Shown here in pieces: positions 24,501 to 35,479 of a stretch of DNA of 64,000 nt. The first letter of the stretch is position 1, and the number at the start of each line of letters is the position of its first letter. Both the position numbers and the translations under genes were made by a program. Location: contig NW_027362761.1 of NCBI RefSeq assembly GCF_046119375.1, forward strand, positions 117,552,001 to 117,616,000, in the 5' to 3' direction. The notes under the pieces are model-generated. The model did no database searches. It was not told the origin of the DNA and worked only from the letters and a program-made list of their open reading frames with translations. Source of the DNA: Phyllobates terribilis (Eukaryota).

Positions 24501-27500
24501 TGTGATTTGATTTTTTTTCTTTTAAAGCCAAAGGCAGCAAGTTGTTCATCTGTGTCAGCTCCAGCACCATCCCAGCCTGCCAGCACTGCTACTGCGGCCC
24601 CTGCATCACCACCCATGACATACACACCTATTTCTCGAACCAATGCCGCCCTCTCTCTCCCTTACCCTAATCCGAACATCCCTATACCTAGTCCTATACC
24701 TAATGAGCTACCCATCAACGCTGTTCCTAAGGTTCTTTCTAAACCTGAAGAGAAATCCGAAAACCCTGAGGAAACAGTGAGCCCAACTTCAACTGAGTGC
24801 AGGTAAGTGTGATTCTCTGGCCCTTCCTGCTCGTCAATTGCTTGGTTACTTTCTGCAAGCATGATCTAAAGGTGGCCATACACATAGGACTTATGTAAGC
24901 CTAACCTGCTGATTTCACCATGACCTTTCAATCATCTCTTCCTGCGTTGAGGGATAGAGTGATCAGACAAGTTGAATTTCAACATGCCCAATCCTTTGTT
25001 TTCACTTTGACAGGCCATTGCCAGAGAATGTCTGGCAGCAGCATCTTAAACCCCATTCGGAACACATGCATGTGCTTGTTGGTAAATCGAGTGTTGGACA
25101 GACGGCTTCTGAATGTGGGAAAAAAAAAAGGAAAGTCCAGCAACCACAAAAATCATAAAAACATCTTAGTAGACTAAAACATGAAAAAGGAAAATTTGAA
25201 AACCACGATAGTGTAGCTCGAAACGCGTCGACCGTTGCACGATCTCTTAATCATGACAACTAACATGCTATCGTGGTTTTCAAATTTTCCTTTTTCATGT
25301 TTTAATCTACTAATGTGATGTTTTTTATGATTTTTGCGGTTGCTGGACTTTTTCTTTTGTTTTTTTTTCCACGTTTCAATTGCTTAGAAAACCAGCTTGA
25401 AGTCTCCGTGCACCGCACCCTTATTCCATGAATTTCTCTACCCGGTGAGCTGATGTTTGCTTCATTGGGCTTCTGAATGTGTGTGGCCACCTTTATTTTT
25501 GTCTCATACACATAAGACCCTGTTCACATCTGTTTTATGGTTTCTCTTTATAATGATGTAAGTGCATTAGAAGATCTATCATAACAGATGGCACTTATGT
25601 AAAATGGACCCTCTTAATGGGTTTTGTTGTAACCAATTCAATTTAACCATATTTATATATTTTTTTTACTCTAGCATACCCAGTGATTCTTCTCGACCTT
25701 CCCTTTTTGAAGATGCCACAAGTGCACTGGGTGGGTTTAGTGTTTTCTGTGTTTTTTTTTTTGTTTTTTTTCCCTGTCCACAATACATATCTTGTAAGGC
25801 TATGTTCACACGTTGCATTTTTGCTGCATTTTTTTTCTGTAGGCAAAAACCTCTTGGCATTAAAGAAGCTACTTATGAAAAGCAGGTTTTTGGTACATTT
25901 TTCAGGATCCCAAAGTTCAGCTTTGCTTTCACCACAAAAGCATGAACACAGGTCACCAATGCATGACATATGTGAAACCATAAAACTATTTTTGGAGTAA
26001 AGGCAATTTGATCAAATTATTTAGTGGGAAAAGATTTTTGTCTGAAAAAATAGTGACTATTTTGAACAAAAAAGTTCATGTGAGTTCATGAAAAGAATCA
26101 CAATTACAAATGTAACAGTGGCGGGGAGGTGAATTGGTGGGTAATGGTTTACCTAAGACATTGGCAGGGCATTGAGTTTGTAGGACACAGTTTACTTTCA
26201 CACCTTGGTCAGCCAATGTTTACTTTACACAAATCACTAATTTAATTAAACTGTAGTAATTCTAACTGCCATGCTTATGTGAGGACACCAAGACATTATG
26301 GTTTAAACTTGGGAAAATCACAAAAATAAATGGGTTTCACATACTTCTGTACATGCTTTTTTTTCACTTAAAATGCAGCAAAACCTGATACCTGCGTTTT
26401 TTTGCTACATTTTTGCACTTGCTCATTGTTTTCTATGGGTGAAAAAACAAGCGCAGCAGTTTTCCAATTCAGTCAGGAAAAAAAAGTGTGCATGATATTT
26501 CTGATAACTCGGAGCTTTTGATGTTACTGTAAAACGCAGCTTTTAATTTGCATAAATTGCATTAAAACATGCAGCAAAAAAACGCAACATGTGAACATAG
26601 CCTAAAGCTGCTTAAAGGGAACCTGGAAATGCTGTGCAATCTGCTATTGGCATGTTATAGAGCTGGAGGAGCTGAACATATTGATATCTATTTTTTTTTT
26701 TGGAAGAAGCAGGGATTTCATTGCATTAAATACAAGTAGGTGAAGTAGGTTTTAAAAGGAAAGAAAAGATTTTTATTTTTTGTGCGAATAAAAATCTTTC
26801 CTTTTAAAACCTGCTTTCCCTACAAACCTACTTGTATTTAATGCATTGAAATCCCTGCTGCTTCTGTGCACCCAGGTCCAGTGGGCGGTCCTACTCAGTG
26901 ACTGACAGCTAACTCTGTATGCACACTTGGACAAGGAAGCTGTCAGTCACCGAGTAGGACCGCCCACTGGACCTGGGTGCTCAGAAGCAGCAGGGATTTC
27001 ATTACATAAAATATAAGGTAAGGCTCCTACACAGTTTAGTAATTTTTCTCGTACGCAAAAAAGCAGTCCCATGTTTCACTAGTGGTTTTGGTCAGCATCT
27101 TAGTTTTTACCATCAGTTTGGTCTGAGTTTCATTTTGGATGAAAAAAACAAACTGCATGTTTATCCTATCAAACAGTCTGTGAAGAAAGGGACAGTACAC
27201 ACAGATGGCATCAGTGCTCTCTGATTTATTTTTTTTTTTTCATGAATCCATAGACTTGGACAAGTCTAAAATTTGACATGTGAACAGCCCGTTAACTATT
27301 ATAGGTACGAGGGCTGACCATGAAGAAAAAACAAAAGAATAGCACTTGCACAAGAGAAACTTTATCAGTGACCCGACCCAAAAACTTAATTCTGGCGTTT
27401 AATTTTTTTTTCTCGTTTAAACAGTTTACCGGTTGGATTAATTTTTTATATTTTGATCGGACTTTTACGAATGCAGCGATTGCCAATTTATTTATTTTTT

Positions 27501-28056
27501 TCAATGGGGGCAAAACGGGAGTAATTTAAACTTTTTTTTTATATATATATATTTTTACAAAGTTTTTTTTTCCCACTTTAACCACTTTACAGCCTGTGCC
27601 GTATTTGTACGCACAAGGCTGTAACTCCTGGTTCAGTGAGGGCTCCGGCGCTGAGTCCTCACTGAACCGGGCACATGTCAGCTGATCCACCCGCGGCTGT
27701 TAACATGTTAAATGTCGCTGTCAATCTCTGACAGCGGCATTTAACATCGCCTCGCCGGAAGCGCATCACTTACCCTGCCCATCGGTGACCCCGTCACGTG
27801 ATCACGGGTCACTGATGGGTGGGCATGACAACTCTGGGTCTGCAGCAGACTCCAGTGGTTGTCATGAGCTGATTGCTATGAGCGCCACCTAGTGGTCGGC
27901 GCTCATAGCATAGGACCATTTCTGCTACACAGAGGTGATCTGCTGATCTGTATGTAGTATGTAGCAGAGGCGATCAGACAAGTGCTGCTTCTAGTCCTAT
28001 GGAGACTATAGAAGCATGCAAAAAGTGAAAAAAAAATGTTTTAAAAATATTAAAAA

Positions 28057-28095
<39 letters not shown>

Positions 28096-31000
28096 TAAAT
28101 CACCCCCCTTTTGCCCCATTCAAAATAAAATAATAATAAAAAAAACCCACATACACATTTGGTATCACCGCGTTCAGAATCGCCCGATCTATCAATATAA
28201 AAAAATAATCCGATCGGTAAACAGCATAACGAGAAAAAAATTCTAAACGCCAGAATTACGTTTTTTTGGTCGCCACAACATTGCATTAAAATGCAATAAC
28301 GGGCGATCAAAACATCGGATCTACCCCAAAATGGTATCAATAAAAATTTCAGCTCGGCGTGCAAAAAATAAGCCCTCACCCGGCCCAGATCCCAAAAAAT
28401 GGAGATGCTACGGGTCTTGGAAAATGGCGCTGCTTTTTTTTTTTTTTTTTTTTTTTAGCAAACTGGAATTTTTTTTCACCACTTAAATAGAAAAGAACCT
28501 ATACATGTTTGTTGTCTACAAACTCGTAATGACGTGGAGAATCTTAATCGCAGGTCAGTTTTAGCATTCAGTGAACGTGGTAAAAAAAAATAAAAACATC
28601 CGTGGTATTGCACTTTTTTTGCAATTTCACCTTACTTGGCATTTTTTTCCCGTACACGATATGATAAAATTAGTAATGGCGTTGAAAAGTACAACTCGTC
28701 CTGCAAAAAATAAGCCCTCACACGTCCATATTGACCAAAAAATAAAAAACGCTATGGCTCTGGGAACAAGGGGAGCAAAAAACGAAAATGCAAAAATGGA
28801 AAATCCCAGGGTTGCGAAGGGGTTAATAATCCCCTTAGGAGACTTGAATCTGCAATTGTCTGATCTCCTGTGCTGTATATAGCACAGCATCAGCACTGCT
28901 ACGTATAGCAGAAATCCCGATCGCCTATGAACACAGGAGTATCGTAATGACAGAACAGGGGTCTTCTGCAGAACCCTGGCTGTCATGACAACCCATCAGC
29001 ACCTCGCGATAACGTGATAGGTGCGCTGATGGGCAGGATTTATGACACGCCCTTCACTGGTTCCTGTTAAATCCCGCTGTCAAGAGATTGCTCCTATCCA
29101 CCTGCGGCTGTTGAAGGCACATGACAGCTGACTAAGGGAAACGACCTGCCGTAATTGTCATATGTTGTGAAGGGGTTAAAACATACGTTATACTGAATAT
29201 TTTCTCACAAAACTATATATCAATCTATTCAGCTCCACAACGCGCTGACTGCAGATTGGACTGCATTTTCATGGTGACAGTTGAGTCAGGAGATGTGACA
29301 TTTTGGTGACTTTACTCTCCCCCTATGGTTCTATTGTTATTTATTGTATGTCTTTTCTGGTTTGTGACCCAATTATGGTGATAACATTGTAAAGAAGAGA
29401 AAAAAACCTCTGGAACTAGGAATATGCTTATTGCCTGTAGGATATGTACTCCAATATTTAGTGCCCCTCCGCGACCCATGGCATAAGAAGATAGTGTCCG
29501 TGTGCCAAGCATGTCAGCGTATGCTTTTATAATGGAAGAAGGCTGGGTTCATATCCGGCTGTAGTGTTGTAAAGCGTCTCCTGGAATAATGCCAATAGCC
29601 CACTTCACTAAAGCCTAACATACGTGCCCCAAATACTTGTAATCAGTGAAGCTTTATTACCGAAGTTATGAATTTATGCCAAATGTTTTTCTCCTAAGAA
29701 TACGGCCACGTGCACACATTGAATATTTGATGAGTTTTTTACCTCCGTATTTATAAGCCATAACCAGGAGTGGGTATAAATGCAGAAGTGGTGACGTGTT
29801 TCTATTATACTTTTCCTCTGATTGTTCCTCTCCTGGTTATGGCTTATACATACTGATGTAAAATACTGAACGTGGGCTAGTGGTGATATTTAGGCTTTAC
29901 TAAGGATTCCTGCCGTGCACTGCCTCATTTCATTCTCATTGTTCCAGTAACAGGCCAGTCATATGAGAATATGGTGACAGAGATCATGTCCATGGGCTAT
30001 GAGCGAGAGCAAGTGATTGCGGCCCTCAGAGCTAGCTTCAATAACCCTGACAGGGCTGTGGAGTACCTCCTTATGGTAAGCATGACCTTCTTTTTCCACC
30101 CTTTTCTTAAAAAAAAAAAATTAAAACCGTGACCGTTCATTTCCTTTTCTTTGCACCTTCTCGCTCTGTCCGACGCTCCCTTTTTACATTACTTGGCAAT
30201 ATGTGAGTTATGAGGGGAAGTGTTGCTGGAGGCTGCGTTACTGAAACTCATGCGAAGTTTGGTAAACTTGTCACTTCTGTCTAGAGGTGTTTCTTCAGAT
30301 TTTACATCACTGCTGTGAGAATTGCTATTCTTAAAGCATTAGGACTATTTGGCTAGCTAGCCACACCAGTTGTCTACTTTCCCACCACAAAAGTACCAAT
30401 AGTGACATAAAATTGTAAACAAGCATATTTTTGAGCAAAAAAAGCAAATTTTTCATCTGTTTTACACAAGGCTTTTCCTCTAGTCTGTATACTAATCATT
30501 TTGTGATTTTTACTTTTTTATTTTGTCATTTTTTTCTTATTGCCTTGTGGTATCCGCTGATGTATATATATTTTTGTGCTAAATTTAAAAATGTTTTTTT
30601 TTTTTTTTTAAATCCTTTAAAAAGTCCCAAAAATGCGCCAAATTGTTAACTTTTCCAGAAACCTTACTTCAGGCAGGGACCAGAGTAGGATGCGACAAGC
30701 AAGAAAAAAATGCAACATTTGGTAAAAGTTGCATATCCCTTACTTAAAACATCTAGGTAAGCAAAGATGTCGGGAAAAAAAAAAATGAAGACAACTTGGA
30801 AAGCTTCTCAGAATATACAAAGAATATGGCAGAAGTATTAAAGCTATTAAAAAGGAGTATATTACTCCATTAAAGTGGAGAAACTGCAATAATGTATTAG
30901 GGGCCAGTTTCTGGAAAGCAGTTTTCCCATCTTCATATGCAGCAGAACATGCACAGTGCTTACAAGCTCATTTCTATTGAGCTTGTAAGCACTGCTTTGA

Positions 31001-34000
31001 CAGCTAGCCAGGATCGCTGTAGCGTGCTGTTATCTCCTAAATGGTTGTCCTGTCTAAAACTACAAGTCTGCAGTCACTCTATTTGACTGCAGACTTGTGA
31101 ATCCACATTGCATGCACTGTGAGGATTCCCCAGGTGCCGGCCGATAGTGGTCATGTGAGCGCAAGTATGTGATTTGCTTTCTTCCAGCCACATTCCAACT
31201 AGACTGTACACTTGCATTGAGTGAGGTTGGATACAGCCTAGTTGGCACATGACCACTTGTATGCAAATCACATAGTTGTGATCAGGTGCGCACTGCTCCC
31301 AGCGCAGGAACTGGAGAATCCTCAGTGTGCGGTGCCTACAGTTTGAGGATTCACAGTTCTGTGGTCACATAGTGACTGCAGACTTGTAATTTTAGACTGT
31401 ACAGCTTCTTTTAACGGGGATTGTCAGAGAACCACATTACCTTGCATAATGACCATCATGATGTCAAAAGTATAAGTTATACATTGTTACATTCTTTCTT
31501 TCGGTTTCCCATTTCAGGGAATTCCAGGTGATCGAGAAGGTCAAGCAGTTGCTGACCCACCTCAGGCAGTCAGTAGTGTTCCTACTCAGCCTCTCCCCAC
31601 AGTAGCTGGGGCTGGGGCTGGTGCAACTTCCACTACTCCTTCCACACCTTCTGCTGGAGGTAAGATTTGGCTATATACAGCGTCCTTTCACGGGAAACAG
31701 TAAGTTGTGTTATAATTGTGTACAATATGAATGCTACTTTCTATATTGATTGCTTTGGGGAAAAAAGAGGGTCTGCATGTTCCTAACATTATACACAATT
31801 CACTCAGCCAAGTTCTACTAATTGCATTACTCTGTGGCATTGGATGTGCAATGTATGTACAATATTTATTTATTTTATTTCTAGGAAATCCCCTTGATTT
31901 CTTGCAGAATCAGCCTCAGTTTCAGCAGATGAGGCAAATTATTCAGCAGAATCCCTCTTTATTACCGGCACTTCTCCAGCAGATAGGACGGGAAAATCCC
32001 TCATTACTGCAGGTACATTCCTTTTTTGACATTGAGCATTCATGGCATTTCACCTACTTGGGTATTTTCTCCTTGCGATCTTTACAGCATGGACTTGGCA
32101 AGATGTACAGATTCATTTAATCTTTGTTGTCTTATTCTTCTTCAATAATAGCAGATTAGTCAACATCAGGAACAGTTCATTCAGATGTTAAATGATCCAG
32201 TCCCAGAATCGGGTGGACAGGGTGGGGGAAGAGGAGGTGGAGGAGGAGGAGGAGTAGCAGCTGAGGCTGGAAGTGGTCATATGAACTACATTCAAGTCAC
32301 ACCTCAGGAAAAAGAAGCTATAGAAAGGGTAAGTAAAGGATATCTCATTATACATTCTTAAAAAAAAGTGTATGATTTGCAGCAAAACGATCCAACTCAA
32401 TATAACGTATTTGATTTGTTTATATCCCTGCTCTTTCTGGGTGTAGGTGGTCCTACTCAGTGATTGACAGTCTTCCCTGTACAAGTGCATATAAAGATGG
32501 TGGTCAGTCATGAAATAGAACTGCCCACATGACTTTGTAAGTCATAAAGAGCAGGGTTTATAATGACGTTCAAGCTATACTAAAGCTGTTTCCACACAAC
32601 TAAAAATCATTCTGTTCATCTTCCTCAGCTCGATGCCATGCTGTCCACATTGCACACCTTTTTTCAGAAACACGCAGACTTATGTCAGCAGATACTGGGA
32701 GGCATGTTGGGTTGAGTGCGCCATGAGTGAGCGGTCTACAAGGGTTTCATCTGAGATGATCTTTTGGTACTTTTTTACCCTGCTCAGTTTTTGGAAGTAA
32801 CTTCAATTAATTTTAGTAAAATTCAAAGGTAGAAGAAAAAGCATGACTGCTGAGCTCTGAAGATGGTGTCTGCATTTCTCGTTTTCTCAATTTTCAGTAA
32901 GACGTGGATCACCGTGTTGGATGTAGAACAAAACATGGAAATGTTTTTATAGGTTGGGGCTACATGGCAATTTTGGCTGCTTCACAGGCTCAGCGGCCAA
33001 AAACAGTGACAAGCATGTTGCAATATCACAATATGCTTGAAAAATCCAACCGGCTCCTCATTTTTGTGACTTGCTTGTCGCGGTACCCTGGATGTCGCAA
33101 TGTGACCTTATTAAAATGCAATGTTGCAGCTCCACAGCGTGATCTTTGGTCGTGCGACATGTGTCACAGGGCCAAAGTCGCCAGAGAGCCAAGATCTGTT
33201 GTCTGTTTTTAGACATCCAGTTATAAACGTTATCATCCGAGCCTACTTCCCACCCCTATTGCCAGCAGTCCGATCTTTACGATACGAAATATATCGGCTA
33301 TGGATAAGTGCTGATTTAAAGGGAATCTGTCACCATTTTTTTTGCCAGGGCTGTGGAGTCTGTAAGCCAAACTTCCTACTGCTCAATTTACCTGACTCCG
33401 ACTCCACAGCACTGGAGGAGGAGCATTTATAGGACATTTCATAACTTTCCCAAATTCTTATGAAAAAATATTCAGCACATCTTGCATTGTACTACTGTAT
33501 TTTATATATTTTAGGACGTAGTCTATTTTATGCTGACACTGTCTCCGCAAAAAAGGACACCTACTCAGACATTCCAGCAATGTTTTTTGCTATGTGATCT
33601 GAGAGCACCATACAGCAGGGACAGAGACCCTGATTAGTGATGTATCACTTACCTAGGCTGTGTTTTGCTGTTTCAGTACAATCAGTGTTTTATCGGCAGG
33701 AGATTATCAGTAGAGGACAAATGGCCTCATGCATTCTATTCCTACCACACACCCCCAGCACTTATAGCAGCTTTCTGTCACTATACAATATACACAGAAA
33801 GCTGTGATGCGGGTGGGTTATACATAGCTCACTTATTTGCGGGTTAACAAACACTTCTTGTTAATTATAATACCCGTTAAAAAATAACATTTTATTAAAT
33901 CATTAAAAAATATTTACTGAAATAGTCAAAAGAAAAAAAACTGTGAAAAAACACTATGTACACGTGTTGATACCTAATAAAAATAGAGCGCTAACTTCCA

Positions 34001-35479
34001 CAATATTAATTACGAGATATATATGGCTGTCTTGCCCTAATAGTGCCCTAATTGATTCACCCTTCCTGGCTGCGGAGGTTGTCACCCTAACTTGAAAACA
34101 ATGTGGCACCCCCGCTAACAGACGTTTGTCCCTAGTGTGCCCTGTTCAATCCCCAAAATCAGAATCTCCTAAACTGCGGAGGTTGGTGCACTAGCTTGAA
34201 CGCAAATTGGCTCCCCCACTCACTGATGACTCTCCCTAGTGATGACTGGTTTATATCCTATACTGGCCGATACAGTTCAACCAAAAAAAGGGCACAAATG
34301 TCCTTAGTTTCCATCAGTTAGCAAATCTTAACACTCCTGATTGAATAGATAACACCATACCACAAGTCAATACACCAATAGAGCGAAAAAGCATTTCAGG
34401 CTAATAGCAGCAGATAGGTGATGTATAGCCAGATATATTCAACAAGGTATCAACATTAAAGCCATAGGAATAGTTGGTTGCGTTTCATCCGTATGTAACC
34501 TATGCCAAGTAGATGTCAAACATATAAAAAAACAAGACATCACAGGGCTTATGGTACTAATCTGTAGTCCCTATGAATAGCCTCGACGCGTTTCGCTTCT
34601 ATAATAAAGTTCCTCCGGAGGCTCAAGGATTAGACAGTGTCAGAATGGCATCTGTAAGATGTTGTGTCCTGGTTGCAGGTTTGTTTTTCTGACTATTTCG
34701 GTATATATTTTTAAATGATCTAATATTATTTTTCAACAGGCATTATAATTTAATAAGCTGGGTTATACATGGCTCATCATCTGAGTTCTGCTCAATCTGC
34801 GCTAGAGAAAACTCTTTATCATAACTGCTGTACCCAGTAAACTAAGTGATACATAGCTGTAATCAGGGTCTCTACCTTTATAGTGCTGTCAGATTAAATA
34901 GCAAAAACCTGCTGACAGAGTCCCTTTAAATATTCGGGATAGAACAAGCTCCCCGAGAGAAAATATTTAAAAAAAAAAAAAAATTCTCAGCCAGAAAATA
35001 TAGTTTAAAGATTCGGGGACCATAACCAGATGCTGCAGATGGTTGACTGCTCTCTATTTACACACGAGAGAGACCTGTCAATCACCGGTAGCGGAGCCAG
35101 ACTGCTCTTGTCTATGCCTATGGTCCCTGGCCACATCTTCAAATTATATTTCATCTGCAACTGAAACACTAAACTGGTTTATTGAAAAATATACCTGGTT
35201 GCCTTTGTAGCCAGGCTGTGATTCATGTTGCCTGCAGTTTGGGCAGGTGGTTGCATTTAATGTTGGGTGAAGGGTCCCTTTAATATTGGAGTTTAGTTCT
35301 GCACTCCATCAGATTGTATTCACTGGCTTGAAGCTGACTTTCTTCTTTTTGTTTCTACTTTCCAGCTAAAGGCATTAGGATTTCCTGAAGGACTTGTGGT
35401 ACAGGCTTATTTTGCATGTGAGAAGAATGAAAATCTTGCGGCCAACTTTCTCCTACAGCAGAACTTTGATGACGATTGA
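15061..35479 (+). CDS. RAD23B: UV excision repair protein RAD23 homolog B, whole gene span (10 coding exons joined, 415 aa: UbL - linker - UBA1 - XPC-binding/STI1 - UBA2)
   Basis: Exons of 66+82+80+275+56+128+142+128+177+114 = 1248 nt join in frame, from [22 protein letters not shown] to [14 protein letters not shown]. All junctions are GT-AG. The ATG has a perfect Kozak context (GCCGCCGCCATG). B-type features: [25 protein letters not shown], poly-Gly before UBA2, and C-terminal LLQQNFDDD. Confidence 0.97.
18259..19868. mobile_element. Three Kolobok/T2-type MITEs joined end to end (about 18259-18831, 18836-19403 and 19408-19868)
   Basis: TIR pairs AGAGGTTGTCC/GGAAAACCCCT, AGAAGAACTCCC/GGGAATGCTTCT and AGGGAACCTGTCA/TGACAGGTTCCAT, separated by single TTAA sites. 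Confidence 0.72.
20107..20188 (+). CDS. RAD23B: RAD23B exon 2
   Basis: ttttaacag acceptor, [27 protein letters not shown](G), donor GTAATT. Confidence 0.97.
20253..21182. mobile_element. Harbinger-type MITE H1, copy 3 (RAD23B intron 2)
   Basis: Same TIRs and internal palindrome as copy 1. Confidence 0.82.
21186..21396. mobile_element. Small Harbinger-type MITE
   Basis: TIR GGCTCTGTTCACA/TGTGAACACAGCC, TGA on both sides. Confidence 0.7.
21451..21530 (+). CDS. RAD23B: RAD23B exon 3
   Basis: ttcattctag acceptor, (G)[26 protein letters not shown], donor GTAAGT. Confidence 0.97.
21564..21735. mobile_element. hAT-Charlie-type MITE
   Basis: TIR CAGTGTTTCCC/GGGAAACACTG; degenerate 8-bp TSD ATGTAGGG/ATGTAGCT; same family as 36921-37090 and 37943-38129. 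Confidence 0.72.
22531..22865. mobile_element. Harbinger-type MITE (GGCTATGTTCACA family)
   Basis: TIR GGCTATGTTCACAC/GTGTGAGCATAGCC; abuts H1 copy 4 through a TTA. Confidence 0.7.
22869..23713. mobile_element. Harbinger-type MITE H1, copy 4 (RAD23B intron 3)
   Basis: TIRs as in copy 1; perfect TTA/TTA TSD. Confidence 0.85.
24528..24802 (+). CDS. RAD23B: RAD23B exon 4 (Pro/Ser/Ala-rich linker)
   Basis: tttaaag acceptor, PKAASCSS...VSPTSTEC(S), donor GTAAGT; phase matches exons 3 and 5. Confidence 0.93.
24870..25492. mobile_element. MITE with AGGTGGCCATACAC TIR, carrying an inverted-repeat Penelope-like insert
   Basis: TIR AGGTGGCCATACAC/GTGTGTGGCCACCT; inner inverted repeat ~25115-25210 and ~25268-25372. 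Confidence 0.6.
25675..25730 (+). CDS. RAD23B: RAD23B exon 5
   Basis: ttactctag acceptor, [18 protein letters not shown](V), donor GTGGGT. Confidence 0.95.
25798..26602. mobile_element. Harbinger-type MITE with an internal insertion
   Basis: TIR GGCTATGTTCACACGTTGC/GCAACATGTGAACATAGCC; perfect TAA/TAA TSD. Confidence 0.78.
27582..29175. mobile_element. Kolobok-type non-autonomous element (intron 5)
   Basis: TTAA-CCACTT...AAGGGG-TTAA ends; interior homologous to the arms of 4662-14525 and 50092-53585; contains (TA)n at ~28066-28091. Confidence 0.65.
29948..30075 (+). CDS. RAD23B: RAD23B exon 6 (UBA1)
   Basis: ttgttccag acceptor, (V)[42 protein letters not shown], donor GTAAGC. Confidence 0.97.
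31518..31659 (+). CDS. RAD23B: RAD23B exon 7
   Basis: cccatttcag acceptor, [16 protein letters not shown]...TPSAG(G), donor GTAAGA. Confidence 0.95.
31885..32012 (+). CDS. RAD23B: RAD23B exon 8 (XPC-binding domain)
   Basis: tttctag acceptor, (G)[42 protein letters not shown], donor GTACAT. Confidence 0.97.
32152..32328 (+). CDS. RAD23B: RAD23B exon 9
   Basis: aatag acceptor (tandem TAG-CAG), [59 protein letters not shown], donor GTAAGT. Confidence 0.96.
33320..34925. mobile_element. Kolobok/T2-type MITE (intron 9) with nested insertions
   Basis: TTAA-AGGGAATCTGTCA...TGACAGAGTCCCT-TTAA; contains an inverted-repeat-bounded Penelope-like insert at ~33850-34760. Confidence 0.7.
34581..34621 (-). 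ncRNA. Minimal type I hammerhead ribozyme-like motif (Penelope-type) with one core substitution
   Basis: Minus strand reads CCTC-CGGAGGA-A-CTT(TATTATAG)AAG-C-GAAA-CGCG-TC-GAGG: stem I CCTC/GAGG, core CUGANGA with U4 changed to G, palindromic stem III, GUC cleavage triplet. Confidence 0.6.
35366..35479 (+). CDS. RAD23B: RAD23B exon 10, coding part (UBA2 and stop)
   Basis: ctttccag acceptor, [40 protein letters not shown] at 35477-35479. Confidence 0.97.
   Translation, partial: LKALGFPEGLVVQAYFACEKNENLAANFLLQQNFDDD

Noticed and set aside
30160-30310. Possible intronic snoRNA in intron 6
   Set aside because: No convincing C/D box pair with terminal stem, or H/ACA double hairpin, could be identified by eye.
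31731-32120. 129-aa ORF extending RAD23B exon 8 into introns 7 and 8
   Set aside because: It is chance read-through around a real exon. Retaining intron 7 hits TAA about 14 codons in, and canonical splice sites bound exon 8.
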